A stretch of 64,000 bases of DNA, from NCBI GenBank assembly GCA_036867785.1, contig CP145428.1:310001-374000 (forward strand). The letters run 5' to 3'. A program made the position numbers and the translations under genes. Each line of letters opens with the position of its first letter. Position 1 is the stretch's first letter. Positions 48,359 through 59,693 of this stretch are shown here, piece after piece. Source of the stretch: Plasmodiophora brassicae. Lineage: Eukaryota. The notes beneath the pieces are model-generated. The model did no database searches and was not told the DNA's origin. It saw nothing but the letters and a program-made list of their open reading frames with translations.

Positions 48359-48594
48359 GGCACCCGGATTCGACAGTGACGGGGCGACGACCCGAACAGG
48401 TCGTCGTCGTCGTTGCACTGACAAGTGGCAATCTGTCCGTCACAGCAGATAATATCGCCCCGTATGTTCTGGAAGGATGTGGGGAGGTCGGTATATATAT
48501 TAGGGCGGCGCTCCATATACAGGGGCGGCGGACTCCGTGGGCTGTGTTCACGGACACCGTGTCGACGACCCACACGCTCGACGTCGTTAGCACC

Positions 48595-48973
48595 ATGGTG
48601 AGTCAGCGGCCGGCCGCCTGTCCCGCCTGCGTCCGTCTGCTGACGCCGTATACCGCAGGTGTCGTACCCGAAGAAGAAGAACACGTTCTGCAAGAAATGC
48701 GGGAAGCACCAGGCGCATTCCGTGTCGCAGTACAAGGCCGGCAAGGCGTCCCTGTTCGCGCAGGGTAAGCGCCGATACGACCGCAAGCAGGCGGGTTTCG
48801 GTGGTCAGACCAAGCCGATCTTCCACAAGAAGGCCAAGACGACGAAGAAGATCGTCCTGAAGCTGAAGTGCAACGAGTGCAGTCTCGTCCAGCAGACCGT
48901 CCTCAAACGCACCAAGCACTTCGAGCTGATCACCGAATCCACCAAGCAGAAGAAGGGTGATGTTGTCTTCTAA
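48595..48973 (+). CDS. RPL44: 60S ribosomal protein eL42 (L44/L36a); intron immediately after the ATG (48598-48658)
   Basis: [68 protein letters not shown]. Confidence 0.97.
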
Positions 48974-49175
48974 ACGGTGCCCCAATTGTATTCCGTTACC
49001 GTTAGATTCTCCAGAAACACGCGCCTATCCCGTAATACATGGCACACCACATATGCCACGCCGCCTCTCCTGTTCGAATGGCTACCTCCAACCAACGCCT
49101 ACCTCGCTCTGCTGCGAGGGCATACACCGAGCACATGAACACTTCGCGTTTATCGAATGTGAAGTGCACGAGGCG

Positions 49176-50647
49176 TTACAGGTTCGACAATGGCAACGGA
49201 CGGGGAGGGGGACCTTTGGACTCGTTAGGCGTGCGTTGCAAAACCGTTTCAAGGTGCGGAACCTCACCTATGTACCGGGCCGATGGGCGAATCAGCTTCC
49301 CGTTCGCACGCTCTTCGAGAATGTGTGCCGCCCATCCCGAGGTGCGAGCAATCACGAACTATAGGTAGGTACACAGAGCGAGTCAAACAGAGCGCCCGAT
49401 TAGAGCACACCGCGATCGCATACGATTGGCGTGAAGAACTCGGTGGGGATTCCACATTGATGGTAAGCGGACGCAGCGAAGAAGTCGAGGTTGCAGAACA
49501 GTTTCTTCTCGTCCCACATCAACTGTACCAGCAGGGGTCAGCGCCGACGTCCCGTTCGCCGGTTGCGATACGTTCCACCTTCTCGATCCGTTTGGAGATG
49601 TCCACGAGGAGAGGTTTGCCCTCGGGCAGAGCCGCCATCCGCTCCGAGCATGACTTGATGATGTCCGATCGGGGGTCGCGCGTCTTGTACACGCGATGCC
49701 CGAATCCCATGATCTTGACCTTCTTCGCCAGCATGTCGCGAACGCCGGCTTCAGCGTCCGCCACCGAGCCGAATCGCTCAATCAGTCGCATCGCCTCTTC
49801 GTTGGCACCGCCTACGCCAACGGCCATTTAGCTACGTTGCACATGAGGAGGCGAAACATTGAACAACCATGTAGAGGTCCACGAAGCGTGCCGATAGCGG
49901 CACAGATCGCTGAGTAGATGTCGCTCTGCGTCGACGTCGTCACTCTGCAAGCGAAGCTGGATGCAGCGAACCCATGCTCCTACGACACAGCGGCCATTCG
50001 GTTTACGGCAACGTAAGCGGATTACGAAGGCGTACAGCGTATAGGATCAAGGAGACGTCGACAGTACGGACGGCCTCTGGATGCGGGTCGCGACCGTGCA
50101 GAAGACGAAGGAAATGATGGGCGATGCGTTCGCTGGGTCCTTGCCCGGACGTGTCGATACGACGACCGTTCGCGTGGAACTGATGCCAGTAGCACAGAAC
50201 GGAACCGAAGATCGCGATCAGGTAGTCGAACACGTCTTCCGCAGGAGCACCTGGGAAGGCCCTTCAGCGAAGAATCAAACGTGCTGGGACAGGTGGGTCA
50301 CCTTTCGTCTCAGGGCGGATTGTGCCGAGGAACGAGCAGGCGGTTCGCAGGACGTCCATCGGATGCGCCGAGCGGGGCGTTTGTTCAAGGACGATCATGA
50401 GCGGTTTCGGCAATGGGCGGAATCCGTCCAGCCGGGCCGTGTAGGCGGCCAGCTGTGCCTTGGACGGCAACTGGCCGTAGATCAGGAGGTAGGCGACCTG
50501 CTCGAAACAGCAGTGCGCCGCCAGGTCCTCGACATTGTACCCGCGGTAGTGCAGACCGTGGCCGCCGGCGCCGACCGTCGCCGTCGCCGTTTCCCCGGCG
50601 ATGACGCCCACCAGCCCCTTCGAATACGACGGTGCCGTCTTCGACAT
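49176..50647 (-). CDS. prpC: Bacterial-type (2-methyl)citrate synthase, PrpC-like (multi-exon)
   Basis: [83 protein letters not shown]; ends LSNL*. Confidence 0.85.
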
Positions 50648-50836
50648 AGTGAAGGTCCGTGACGCGTGACGACTGACGAGGTGTTCGCACCCCAAAATTC
50701 CAACACGCAGCTGCCAAGCTCGGATTTTCCGTAACGGCTCGCGACGCGCAGAACGTCATCCAAGCTGCAGTTCGTTGAATGTTGCGCGACTGCAATGAAC
50801 ACGGCGTCCGCGTACGGTCAGACAGGCAACAAGTTG

Positions 50837-50909
50837 GTCTTCTTAGCTCAGTTGGGAGAGCGTACGACTGAAGATCGTAAGGTCTCGCGTTCGATCCGCG
50901 AAGAGGACA
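50837..50909 (+). tRNA. tRNA-Phe (anticodon GAA), intronless
   Basis: Acceptor stem GTCTTCT/AGAGGAC; D-arm TAGCTCAGTTGGGAGAGC; anticodon stem TACGA-CTGAAGA-TCGTA; T-loop GTTCGATCC; downstream oligo-T Pol III terminator at ~50915-50920. Confidence 0.95.
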
Positions 50910-51198
50910 TTGCTTTTTTTGGTCGGTATGTCTCGGTCGACTGGCATAAGCGCTTCGGTTCAACGAACCTGGGGTCGAGGCTGCTGGGCAGATTCCGTAA
51001 CGTGTGCTCGTTGGGGAAGAACCTCGCCTAATGATAACAGGCTGCCTTCAGTTTCGCGTACGAATGCATCACGGGCGTTCGTCAGCTTTGTCGCAAAGAG
51101 GGCCGCTTATCACGTCGGGCGCGCACTCGTGACACCGATCCGACGACCTCGGCGCTGGCATTGCAGCGGGGCGCGCGCGTCACCTGGATAATCCGATC

Positions 51199-51467
51199 AT
51201 GGCAAGCAACGAGTCGCACTCGGCGTACATCTACAAAGGTTCTGACGCAGGTACACCCGGACACGGCACCTCCACCCTGAACCCGCCCATCAAACGAACA
51301 CATCGCTCGTGGAAGCCGGGTACCTCCCCCGCTCCACCCGGAAGTCGACTATGTTGTCCCGCGAGATCCGGGCCACCGTCCGGCTGGTCCTCCGCCGAGG
51401 TGAACTCGTCCAGCACGCCCGTTCGCCCAAGGCACCACCACAGCCATCACAAGGTCCACCGCGTAAG
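51199..51467 (+). pseudogene. H2B: Histone H2B pseudogene with multiple frameshifts
   Basis: ESHSAYIYK / VLTQVHPDT / STRKSTMLSREIRATVRLVL.GELVQHA / GTTAIT, compared with canonical ESYSIYIYKVLKQVHPDT...[35 protein letters not shown]; the segments lie in different frames. Confidence 0.8.
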
Positions 51468-51545
51468 GGGCGTTGTCGGTGTTCGTCGATAAAAACGGTA
51501 TGTACACTCGATGAATGCATTCTATATGACCTGCGGCCCGCCCCT

Positions 51546-53115
51546 CTACAGCAACTGGTGGACGGCCAGCTCGTTCTGGCAGGCAACGGCCACGACGTCG
51601 TCCGTCGGGTGCCACGCGACGTGCAGGCACTTCCGCTGGAAGTCGAACTCGTGCGGGTGCACCGCTGGAACCGCCTAGACGGGACGGAGGGTCGAGTCAG
51701 TTCCCCGCAGTGGAACAACATCGATCGGCGAACGATCGTTACGCTTCGTTTTCGGACGGCGTTCTCGTGGAACCCGCGAGTTGTGAACTGGTGCACGCGC
51801 GATCCTGTACGAACGAGCACGGATTAGGCGCGAGGGGTTTGACAGGGACGACGACGACGCGCACTACAGACTCGTCGGCTTCGGCGGTCGTATCCGATGG
51901 GTCAGGTGGGCGTCCCAGTCGTAGATGATGGCCTCGCTGTTGTACGATCCGGTGATGAAGCGGTTGCCGGCGACGGCGACCTCGAACTTGTCAAAGATGC
52001 AATCGTTCTCATAGACGTCGCTGAGCCTCGGCTTGATATAGTCGTGAGTGGCGACGACGTGCAGAGGCCGTACCGGGACGCGCACGTCCCAGATCTTGCT
52101 CGTCAGGTAATCGCGACTCACGATGAACCGGCCGTCGCGCGTGAACGTCGCGTCCGAGATCGAGCTGACGATCTCGGAGAAGAAACTCCTGTCCTGCAGG
52201 TCGGCTTCCGACTCGAACACGACGTCCGGCGACGTTAGCAGCGCCTTGCACCGCATGTCCATGAGCCGGATGACGCCCCGGCTCGAGCTGAAGATTAGCT
52301 GGTTGCACGACACCGGATGGAACCTGATTACAGGCGCGTCTCAGTATGGGGAGGCCGGGTCGGCATGGCGAAGCGCGATTACTGTGCCGAGGTGACGACC
52401 TCGGTCAGCTCCTCCATGTTCTCCGGCTTGATGTCGATGATGTTGAAGCTGACGTTGGGGACCGACAGGTTCCACATGTTGATCCGCAGGTCGTCCGACG
52501 AGATGAACGTCTCGTGGTCCGAGTTCAACGAGATCCTAGGGCCAGGAGAGTCAGACGCCGGCCGCACCGCGATGTGGAGCGGGAGCCGTCCTACGAGTTG
52601 ATGTGGTACGCATGCGCGTCGGTGAACGCGTTCTTCAACGTGCAGGCGGGGACCGTGTCGACATGTGACAGGACGGGTATGCGCAGGACGCCATCGCGCC
52701 CGTCGCGGTTCAGGTTCGTGATCGAGTGGACAAAGTGCTGGTACAGCTTCCAGAGCTTGATGGTTTTATCGTTCGTCGTCAGCAGCATCTGCGAGCCGTG
52801 CGTGTTCGGGCACCACCGGATCATGTTGATCTTCTCCTCGATGTCCTGCGACTTGAGATAGTCGATGTCGTGCTTGTGGCTCTGGAAGTGCGTGTAGTAC
52901 TCGTACTGGTGCACATGGTCGAACTCCTTCGACGATTTCTCGGCGTGGATCCAGACGCGTCCGGATTTGTCGCCGGCGGCCAGGTACGCGCCGCTGGGCG
53001 AGAACGCCACCGCCGTGATCGTGTCCGCGTCGATCGTGTCCTCGTCGGCGCATTCGTCGCCGACGTTCTGCACGTGCTTCCATACGGGTCGATGATCGGG
53101 CGACGGCGCGGCCAT
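51546..53115 (-). CDS. PPP2R2: Protein phosphatase 2A regulatory subunit B55 (WD40), multi-exon
   Basis: [110 protein letters not shown]. Confidence 0.95.
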
Positions 53116-53351
53116 GTGCGAATCGGCCTGGAGGCACGCGCCCTCCTTCACTGGCATAAATATCCGTCGACGAAGACGCGGGGCGCCGCTCGCTATCGCA
53201 TCACGTGGCACCGTCGACGGTGCCACCTGCCGGACCCGGGCAATCAGGGCGCCACGCAACGATCAGCAACAGTACCGACCCGATCGGACGCGCACGACCC
53301 TGCGCGCCTGTCTGCGAGCTGCACTCGCTGGCCCACCCTCTCCGACTCCGG

Positions 53352-56300
53352 TCACCGCCTGTTCAGTGGCGTACACTGCGCGACTGTGCGAGCTGCACGC
53401 TGGCCCTCCCCCGTCCGACTCCGCCCTGTTTGTTCAATGGCGTACAGGGCGTGCAGCTTCGACTGGGCTCGACTGCACCGCGCGACTCCGCGGGCCACGC
53501 ACTGCGTACGCAGAGCAGCGAGCCAGAGTTGCGCAGGCACGCAGACGCGGCACCGCCCGGCGGACTGCGTGGAGGGGAACGCCCGGAACGGCCTCATGGG
53601 CCCCCGGTGCGCTTTATCGACGTCGATTCATCGGTCCGGGCCGAACGCGTCCAGCAGGTCGCGCCGGATGCGACGCCGGCGCTGCGTCGGCGTCCGGAAC
53701 AGCAGCAGCTGCGACAGGTCCCTGGCCAGGCGCCAGTCGACCGCCCCGCCGCCCACCTGGCCGTTGACGTGGTCCAACAGTGCGCGACCCGCCTCCGCGT
53801 ACGACTCCCGTTCTGCACGCGCCGCACCGCTCTCGCCCATCAGCAGTCTGGCCGCTCACGTGGCCCGTCGCAAACCGTACCGAATGTCGGGGCGGTGACC
53901 GGCGTCCAGGTTCGTGCGCATCGGGACAGGAACGCCGGCGCCGGGTGGCTCGTGGCGGGCGTCTTCGCGTCCGGGTCCCCGGCCCGCACCGGGCCAAGCA
54001 GGTCGACAATGCGCTGGTCGTGCGCCTTACGACGTGCTCGACCGGCTTCGTCGAGGCGGGACAGCGCGCGCGGGCACATGCTCGACATGATCGCATGGTA
54101 GTCGGCGTATCGGATGCAGAGCACGCGCGCGGACGTGATCGACGTTGCGGACAGATCCGCCCTGGTCGGGCGCGCGTCAGGCACGCCGATCGGCGAAGCG
54201 AAACGGGCGCGACGTCCGGCACCTGCGTGGGCTGTCGCTCGAGGGCTGGAACGCGCAGAACGTCTGATGCGGGCCGACTTGCGCCAGGTCCACGTCCACC
54301 GTGTCGTCGTTGGACGGGACGCCAGGAATGCAGAGGTCGGGCGACGATAACGACACCTAAGCGCGCCCGCGATCAGACGCGGAAGGGCCTGCACACAGCA
54401 GCAGCACCGACCGATCTCGTGAGCCGCACGTCGCCGGAGACGACCACGTGGATGGCGCTGGCCGGTTGCCCCTGCATGCAAATGTACTCCTCCGGCATGT
54501 AATGTCTGATCTCGCACGCCGACCGCGCCAGCTTCATCAGTTCTGCATCACGAGCAACGGTCAGGCGTGCTGGTGCCGCTGCCGCCGCCGCCACCACCAA
54601 ACCTTTGGTTCGGCAGCACTGAAACTCGTAGACGGTTTTCAGGAACGACGCGATGTAGGCGGGGCCGCTGGTGTCCGCCTTGCGCAGCGACCTGATGGGG
54701 GTTGTTTAGAGGCGCTGGCCCGCCCGACTGGGGCAGCAGTCGACGCGTGCCTGAGGAAGTACTTGCGCTTGATGGTGAGGAACATGGTGTTCTCGCGCGT
54801 CACGACCGTGGCGGCGCGCGCCTTGCCGTGCAGGAGCGCCAACTCGCCGAATGTGGACCCGGGGCCCACACTCGACACGCAGGGGCCGTAGATCTCGGAG
54901 ATCAACTCGTTGTGCATGACTGCCCCCATTGCGGTAAACGCGAGTGAGCGCCGATCGATGGCGCACGAATTCGCTCGCGCCTACAGATGTTGTCATCGAC
55001 GGACAGCGCGTCCGCCCCCGACGGCGACGATTCGTCGTCGCCGTCGTCGTCTGAATCCGCCGAGGTGGACTTGCCACCCGCGCCGCCGGCACGTTGCAAT
55101 CTGCGAATCTGCAACGCTTGGATCGCCGATGGCTTCGGCTGCGGTGGGCCCGCGCTGTCCCGGACGTGGATCGAGACGGACCCGCGCACGATCAGGTAGA
55201 AGTTGTCGCCCTCGTCGCCCTGCTTGAAGACGGTCGTGTACGACGGCATGCTGCCCTTCTCGATCAGGCGCATCATCTTCAGGCGCTGGTCCGGCACCAT
55301 GTCGGCGAAGAACTTCACGAAGTGCAGCGCGTTCTGCAGTGCTGTGGCGCACGCGACACGTCAGACGGTGAACATCATCATCAGCCGACTGGCCCAGCGC
55401 CCCGTCGCGCAAGGTGCGCGACTGCAGCGCCAATAGTGCGCGGGCCATGTCGGAGCACACCACGTGAGTGTGCCCAAACCCGCGCGTCCAGTACCCTGCA
55501 AGTCGGCATTGGAGCGCTCCAGCCTCGGCAGCTTCATGATACGGTCCAGGCTGGCGATGTTGCGGAGCAGGTCGGCGGCGCTCGCCAGGAGTTCCCGCAT
55601 CTGCCCGACGCGCCAGTCAGACGTCGTCGTCGCGCACGTTGCTGGGGGGCGCCCCATACGGAATGCCGATCGACGACGACCACGTCGCACTTCGTGCGGG
55701 TCACCACGGTGGACTGGAACCGACCCCCGTTGATCATCTCCATGCCGAGCAGGTTCCCCGGCGATAGCTCGCAGACGAGGTCGCCGATGCTCCCGGACGC
55801 GTCGCTGACGCTGTCCCGGCGCTCGTGGACGGCCACCGTGCCGCTGGCCAGGACGAACGCCTTGTCGGCCGGCGCCCCCTGCTGCATCATGACGGACAGT
55901 GACGGCAACTGTTGAACGTCATCAGCTCGGCGTCGACGTTGAACGCGGGAACGAGTACCGACGTGCTGCAGGTGCACTTCGGAGGCGATCCGCATGGCGA
56001 GGCGCTTGTCGAGCTGGTCGAACAGGGCCGGGAACGCGTCGATGATGACATTGCACGCGTTATCGTTGCGCTTGCGCGGCGGGACCTTCAGCGCCTGCTG
56101 CACCGCGTCCGTCAGGATCGGCAGGGCGCCGTTTCGACGAAGTTCCCGCATGATCGTCGATATGCGCAGACACGCTGACACGATTGTCAGCGGTGCCCCA
56201 CCGACCACCACCACGCGGGCATGCACCGACCTAGCGCGGTCTGCTGCCGGGCGATCATTCGCTGATCCGGACGTGGCCCCGTCAACGACAGGTCGTCGGT

Positions 56301-57303
56301 AGTGGAAACAACAACGTTCCCAATGAAGCTTCCCGGAGGAATGATCTGCAGCGGATACGTCCGTTAGGGAGCGTTTCAGGTTCACATGACGTGGACCCGG
56401 CCACCTGTGTGCATTCGCCACTATCGGTACACTCAGCCAGCGACCCGGTGAGAACGACGAAGATCCATTCGGCGCCGGGCATGGTCTCGTCCTTGGCGAT
56501 CGTCAGCAGCGACATGTGGTCGCAGAGGGACGCCCGGGCCTGACCATTTCGTTAGCCTCCGCCTGGGGCGAGCGGGACCATACCCGTGCGTACCGCGAGG
56601 GGCAAGTCCCGAATGTAGGGGATGGAACTCAAGGCGCGCAGGGCGCTCTGCTGCATCTCGTTGTTCCACGTCTTGAACCGGGTCTGCTTGCCCAATGCGA
56701 CCGCCGCCGACCGCAACGCAGCGTCCACGCGGATGGATGCCTGCGCTAACCGTTAGCGGGCGTTCATATCATCAGGTGCAGGTATAATCGTACGTACCTG
56801 GGACTGCCCCGATTCCCTCTCGTAGTCGGCAGACTCCAGCACGGCGACAATGCATTCCTCGACGGCCACGATGGAGCAGTCGTGGACGGCCCCGCGTGTG
56901 AGGAACAGGTCGTTCGAGGGCAGACACGACGGGCCGGCGGCGCGCCCGATCGGAGTGCCGGCAGCAGGCTTTGGGCGCTTCAGCACCTTCTTCACAGCCG
57001 ACCATTTGTGCGCTTCGGCCGGCTTCTGGCGGTCATCAATGAATGTCGTGGGAAGGAACCCGGTGCACACACAAGAGCACCTTCTCGGCGGTATCACCCG
57101 ACCGGTACATGACGACTTGTCCAGCAATCAGGACGAACAGCTTGGTGACCGGTGCGGACTGCTCGACGATGGTGTCGTTGATCCCGAACGATCGAACGGT
57201 CATGAGAGACGCCAGACGGGCCCGAAGCGCAGCTGGGCAGTAGAACAGCAGCCCGGGCGCGTTGCACACCACATCGTACTGCTCGGGCGTCAACGACGCC
57301 ATG
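53352..57303 (-). CDS. Large multi-exon protein with several cyclic-nucleotide-binding domains (CNBD-like); boundaries uncertain
   Basis: CNB segments IVEQSAPVTKLFVLIAGQV; QQGAPADKAFVLASGTV..LGME; VFKQGDEGDNFYLIVRGSV..GSTFGELALLHGKARAATVV; ICMQGQPASAIHVVVSGDV. Confidence 0.7.
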
Positions 57304-57944
57304 CCGGACGCTGCGACGATTCCTGGGCGGGTGCACAAATATCTGCCTAGGTAGGCACCGCAGGCAGATCTAGCGAACGTACCAGTCCACCGAGTGGCCT
57401 ACCACGTGGCTTCCCGTGGCAGCAGCGTACCCGACTAGCAACTAAACGTCGTTTGCGGCAGGCGATGACAAGTTTGGGGCCGGCGCTCGTCGAAGTCCTT
57501 GACGTCGCCCCACACTTGTCATCGCGTGCAGCAAACAACGTTTACCATGCGAGATCGATTCGGAATTGCATTCCGGCGGGCGACACATCGCGTAGCAACA
57601 AGTGTCCTGCAAAGGCGGAGACGACCATGGCACACTTGAACGAGTCACTTGGTTGCGGGACACCAACATCCTTGTTGACCAAGCGGTCAACGCCCGCATC
57701 CGGGAACAGAGCCTGAAAGCGATCTGATCACAGCACGTCGTGTGGCGCCTCGAAACGGCGCCCCCTCCCGAATGAATCGAAACAAATCGCCGTTTGTGAC
57801 CCGAGGTTAACGCACAGAAGGGTCCAGTGATAAGTTGCAATTTGGGAGGCAGCAATAAGACACGCTTCGGCCTTGATGACGAGAGTGACTTGGCTACATA
57901 CTAATACGCCCGGAACAAAGGTCCTCGCACGGGGGTCACATCGT

Positions 57945-58412
57945 CGCCCTTATCGTGGCCTGTTGAAACTATACGGGGAGCCGTGGCGGTCGCTCCATTT
58001 CGCCATCGATGCCTCGGTGACTGCTTGTCAGTACCATCTGACTCGACTTGGAGGGACATTTGGCTCGGCGACGATGTTATCGACATCTGGTTTCGGTACC
58101 CCGGGACGTTCGTTCCTCCCTTAGACTGTCAACCACGACCGAACGGCGATCTGAAACGGAACAGTGGCCCCCGAAATGTCTCTATTGCCACATCCGAGAC
58201 GTACTCGTTCGATCGTGGTCAACAGGCTAAGGCGACGAAGGTTCCGGGGCAATCGAAGGCGAGCTGCCGAAACCAGATGTCGATAACATCATCGTCAAAC
58301 CAAATATGCCCGCAAATTCAAGCCCGATGGTGCTGGCTAGCAGTACCGAGGCATCAACAGCGAAGTGGAGCGACCGCAACGGCTTCCCCTTGAAACATGC
58401 CAGGATAAGGTC
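57945..58412. repeat. Long diverged palindrome (inverted duplication), centre ~58170
   Basis: 57948-58097 matches the reverse complement of 58266-58410 (e.g. GATGTTATCGACATCTGGTTTCGG); inner CCTTAGACTGTCAACCACGACCGAACG matches the reverse complement of CGTTCGATCGTGGTCAACAGGCTAAGG. Confidence 0.85.
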
Positions 58413-58588
58413 AACGATCTGCTGGAGTTCGCCGAGCGCTCCGTTTACTGGCACGTGTATGACGAGTTGGCGCGCGACAGCGGCCTGTCGGGTGATGCCG
58501 CGCGATTCCCGCGGCCCGAGGTCGACCAGGAATCGATTTGGTGATCGTATCCGTGCCTATTTCAATGATGGACGATTGCCAAACGTCG

Positions 58589-59329
58589 TCATCGGAAACC
58601 TTTCCGTTGTCGTTGGCGCTGTCGTGCCCGAACAGCCGCCGCGCGCCTGGTCTCAGAATCCACCGACCCAGCGCTGGACCCGGACTCCTCGTCGTCGTCG
58701 CTCTGGGCGAGCGCGTTATCCTCGCTGTCGGACTCGAGATGACGATCGTATTGCGGACGGGACCGTTTCGTTCGACGAAACTGGGGCCCGGCACCGGTCG
58801 ACGCGGTCCCCATGACGCTTCGCCTTGCAGCAAATTCAGCTTCCACCCGCCTCCTCATCTGTTCCTGCCGTTTGGAGTCTTCGGCGGCGCGTAACTGCGC
58901 GCGACGACGGCTACCATCTTCGATAGCGGATGACGTGCATTCAGCAGGCTTCCACCCGTCGGGTTTCCGCTGACGCAGCACGGTCTTCACCTGATCCATC
59001 AGCGTCGCGCGCTTGTCCGCATTCAGAAGCTCATCACGCGCGTCCTGAAGAATCCGGTACGCACGGACGCGCCGTTTCTGATCCGCGTCGTCAGCGTACC
59101 GGTCCGGGTGCACCGACACAACCCGGCGTCGGAACGCGTTCACGATGACGCGCTCGCACGCCGGCCCGTCACCCACATCGACCACCCATCGCAGGTGGTT
59201 CAGCTCGTCCAGCGTCGGATGCGCCAGTCCCAGCACCGCGAACGCGTCGTGCCGCGCCGCAATGACCTGCTCCGCCGCCGACCGTCCCACGGCGTCGCCA
59301 ACGTCCTCCTCCTCCTCTTCGTCGGACAT
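58589..59329 (-). CDS. DnaJ-domain protein (DNAJC8-like)
   Basis: DAFAVLGL...FRRRVVSVHPDRY...AYRILQDARDELL J-domain with HPD; basic/acidic C-terminus. Confidence 0.85.
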   Translation of the reverse strand: MSDEEEEEDVGDAVGRSAAEQVIAARHDAFAVLGLAHPTLDELNHLRWVVDVGDGPACERVIVNAFRRRVVSVHPDRYADDADQKRRVRAYRILQDARDELLNADKRATLMDQVKTVLRQRKPDGWKPAECTSSAIEDGSRRRAQLRAAEDSKRQEQMRRRVEAEFAARRSVMGTASTGAGPQFRRTKRSRPQYDRHLESDSEDNALAQSDDDEESGSSAGSVDSETRRAAAVRARQRQRQRKGFR

Positions 59330-59693
59330 TTTACCGAATCAGCAAAAAAGCGTGGAACGATGCAACTGCACGCGCCGCAAACTGCGTGCGTGCCACGTTA
59401 CATCTATTCATAGTACCGTACGTCGAGCGCCAAAACAGCAATTAAGGACACTGCTCGTTCTGTTTTCATTACGTCAATATTGGCACGGTTCGACAGTGTG
59501 TGCGCCGGCGAACGTCGCTTCGGGCGATGGTCTGATGGTGCCACGGGCGAGCGAACATCGCTCCGTGTTGAGGCCGTGGACACCGGCACAACGCCTAAAA
59601 ATAGACGTGTTAATTACCTGTGCGGAAATTGCGCGACGTGCAGTCGCAAAACCACAGACCGCCTCCGCGAGACCGCGATCAGACTGCCCAGAC

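Noticed and set aside
59145-59693. N-terminal extension of the 540-aa ORF
   Set aside because: It overlaps the DnaJ gene antisense and its promoter; the signal peptide begins at the ATG at 59694.
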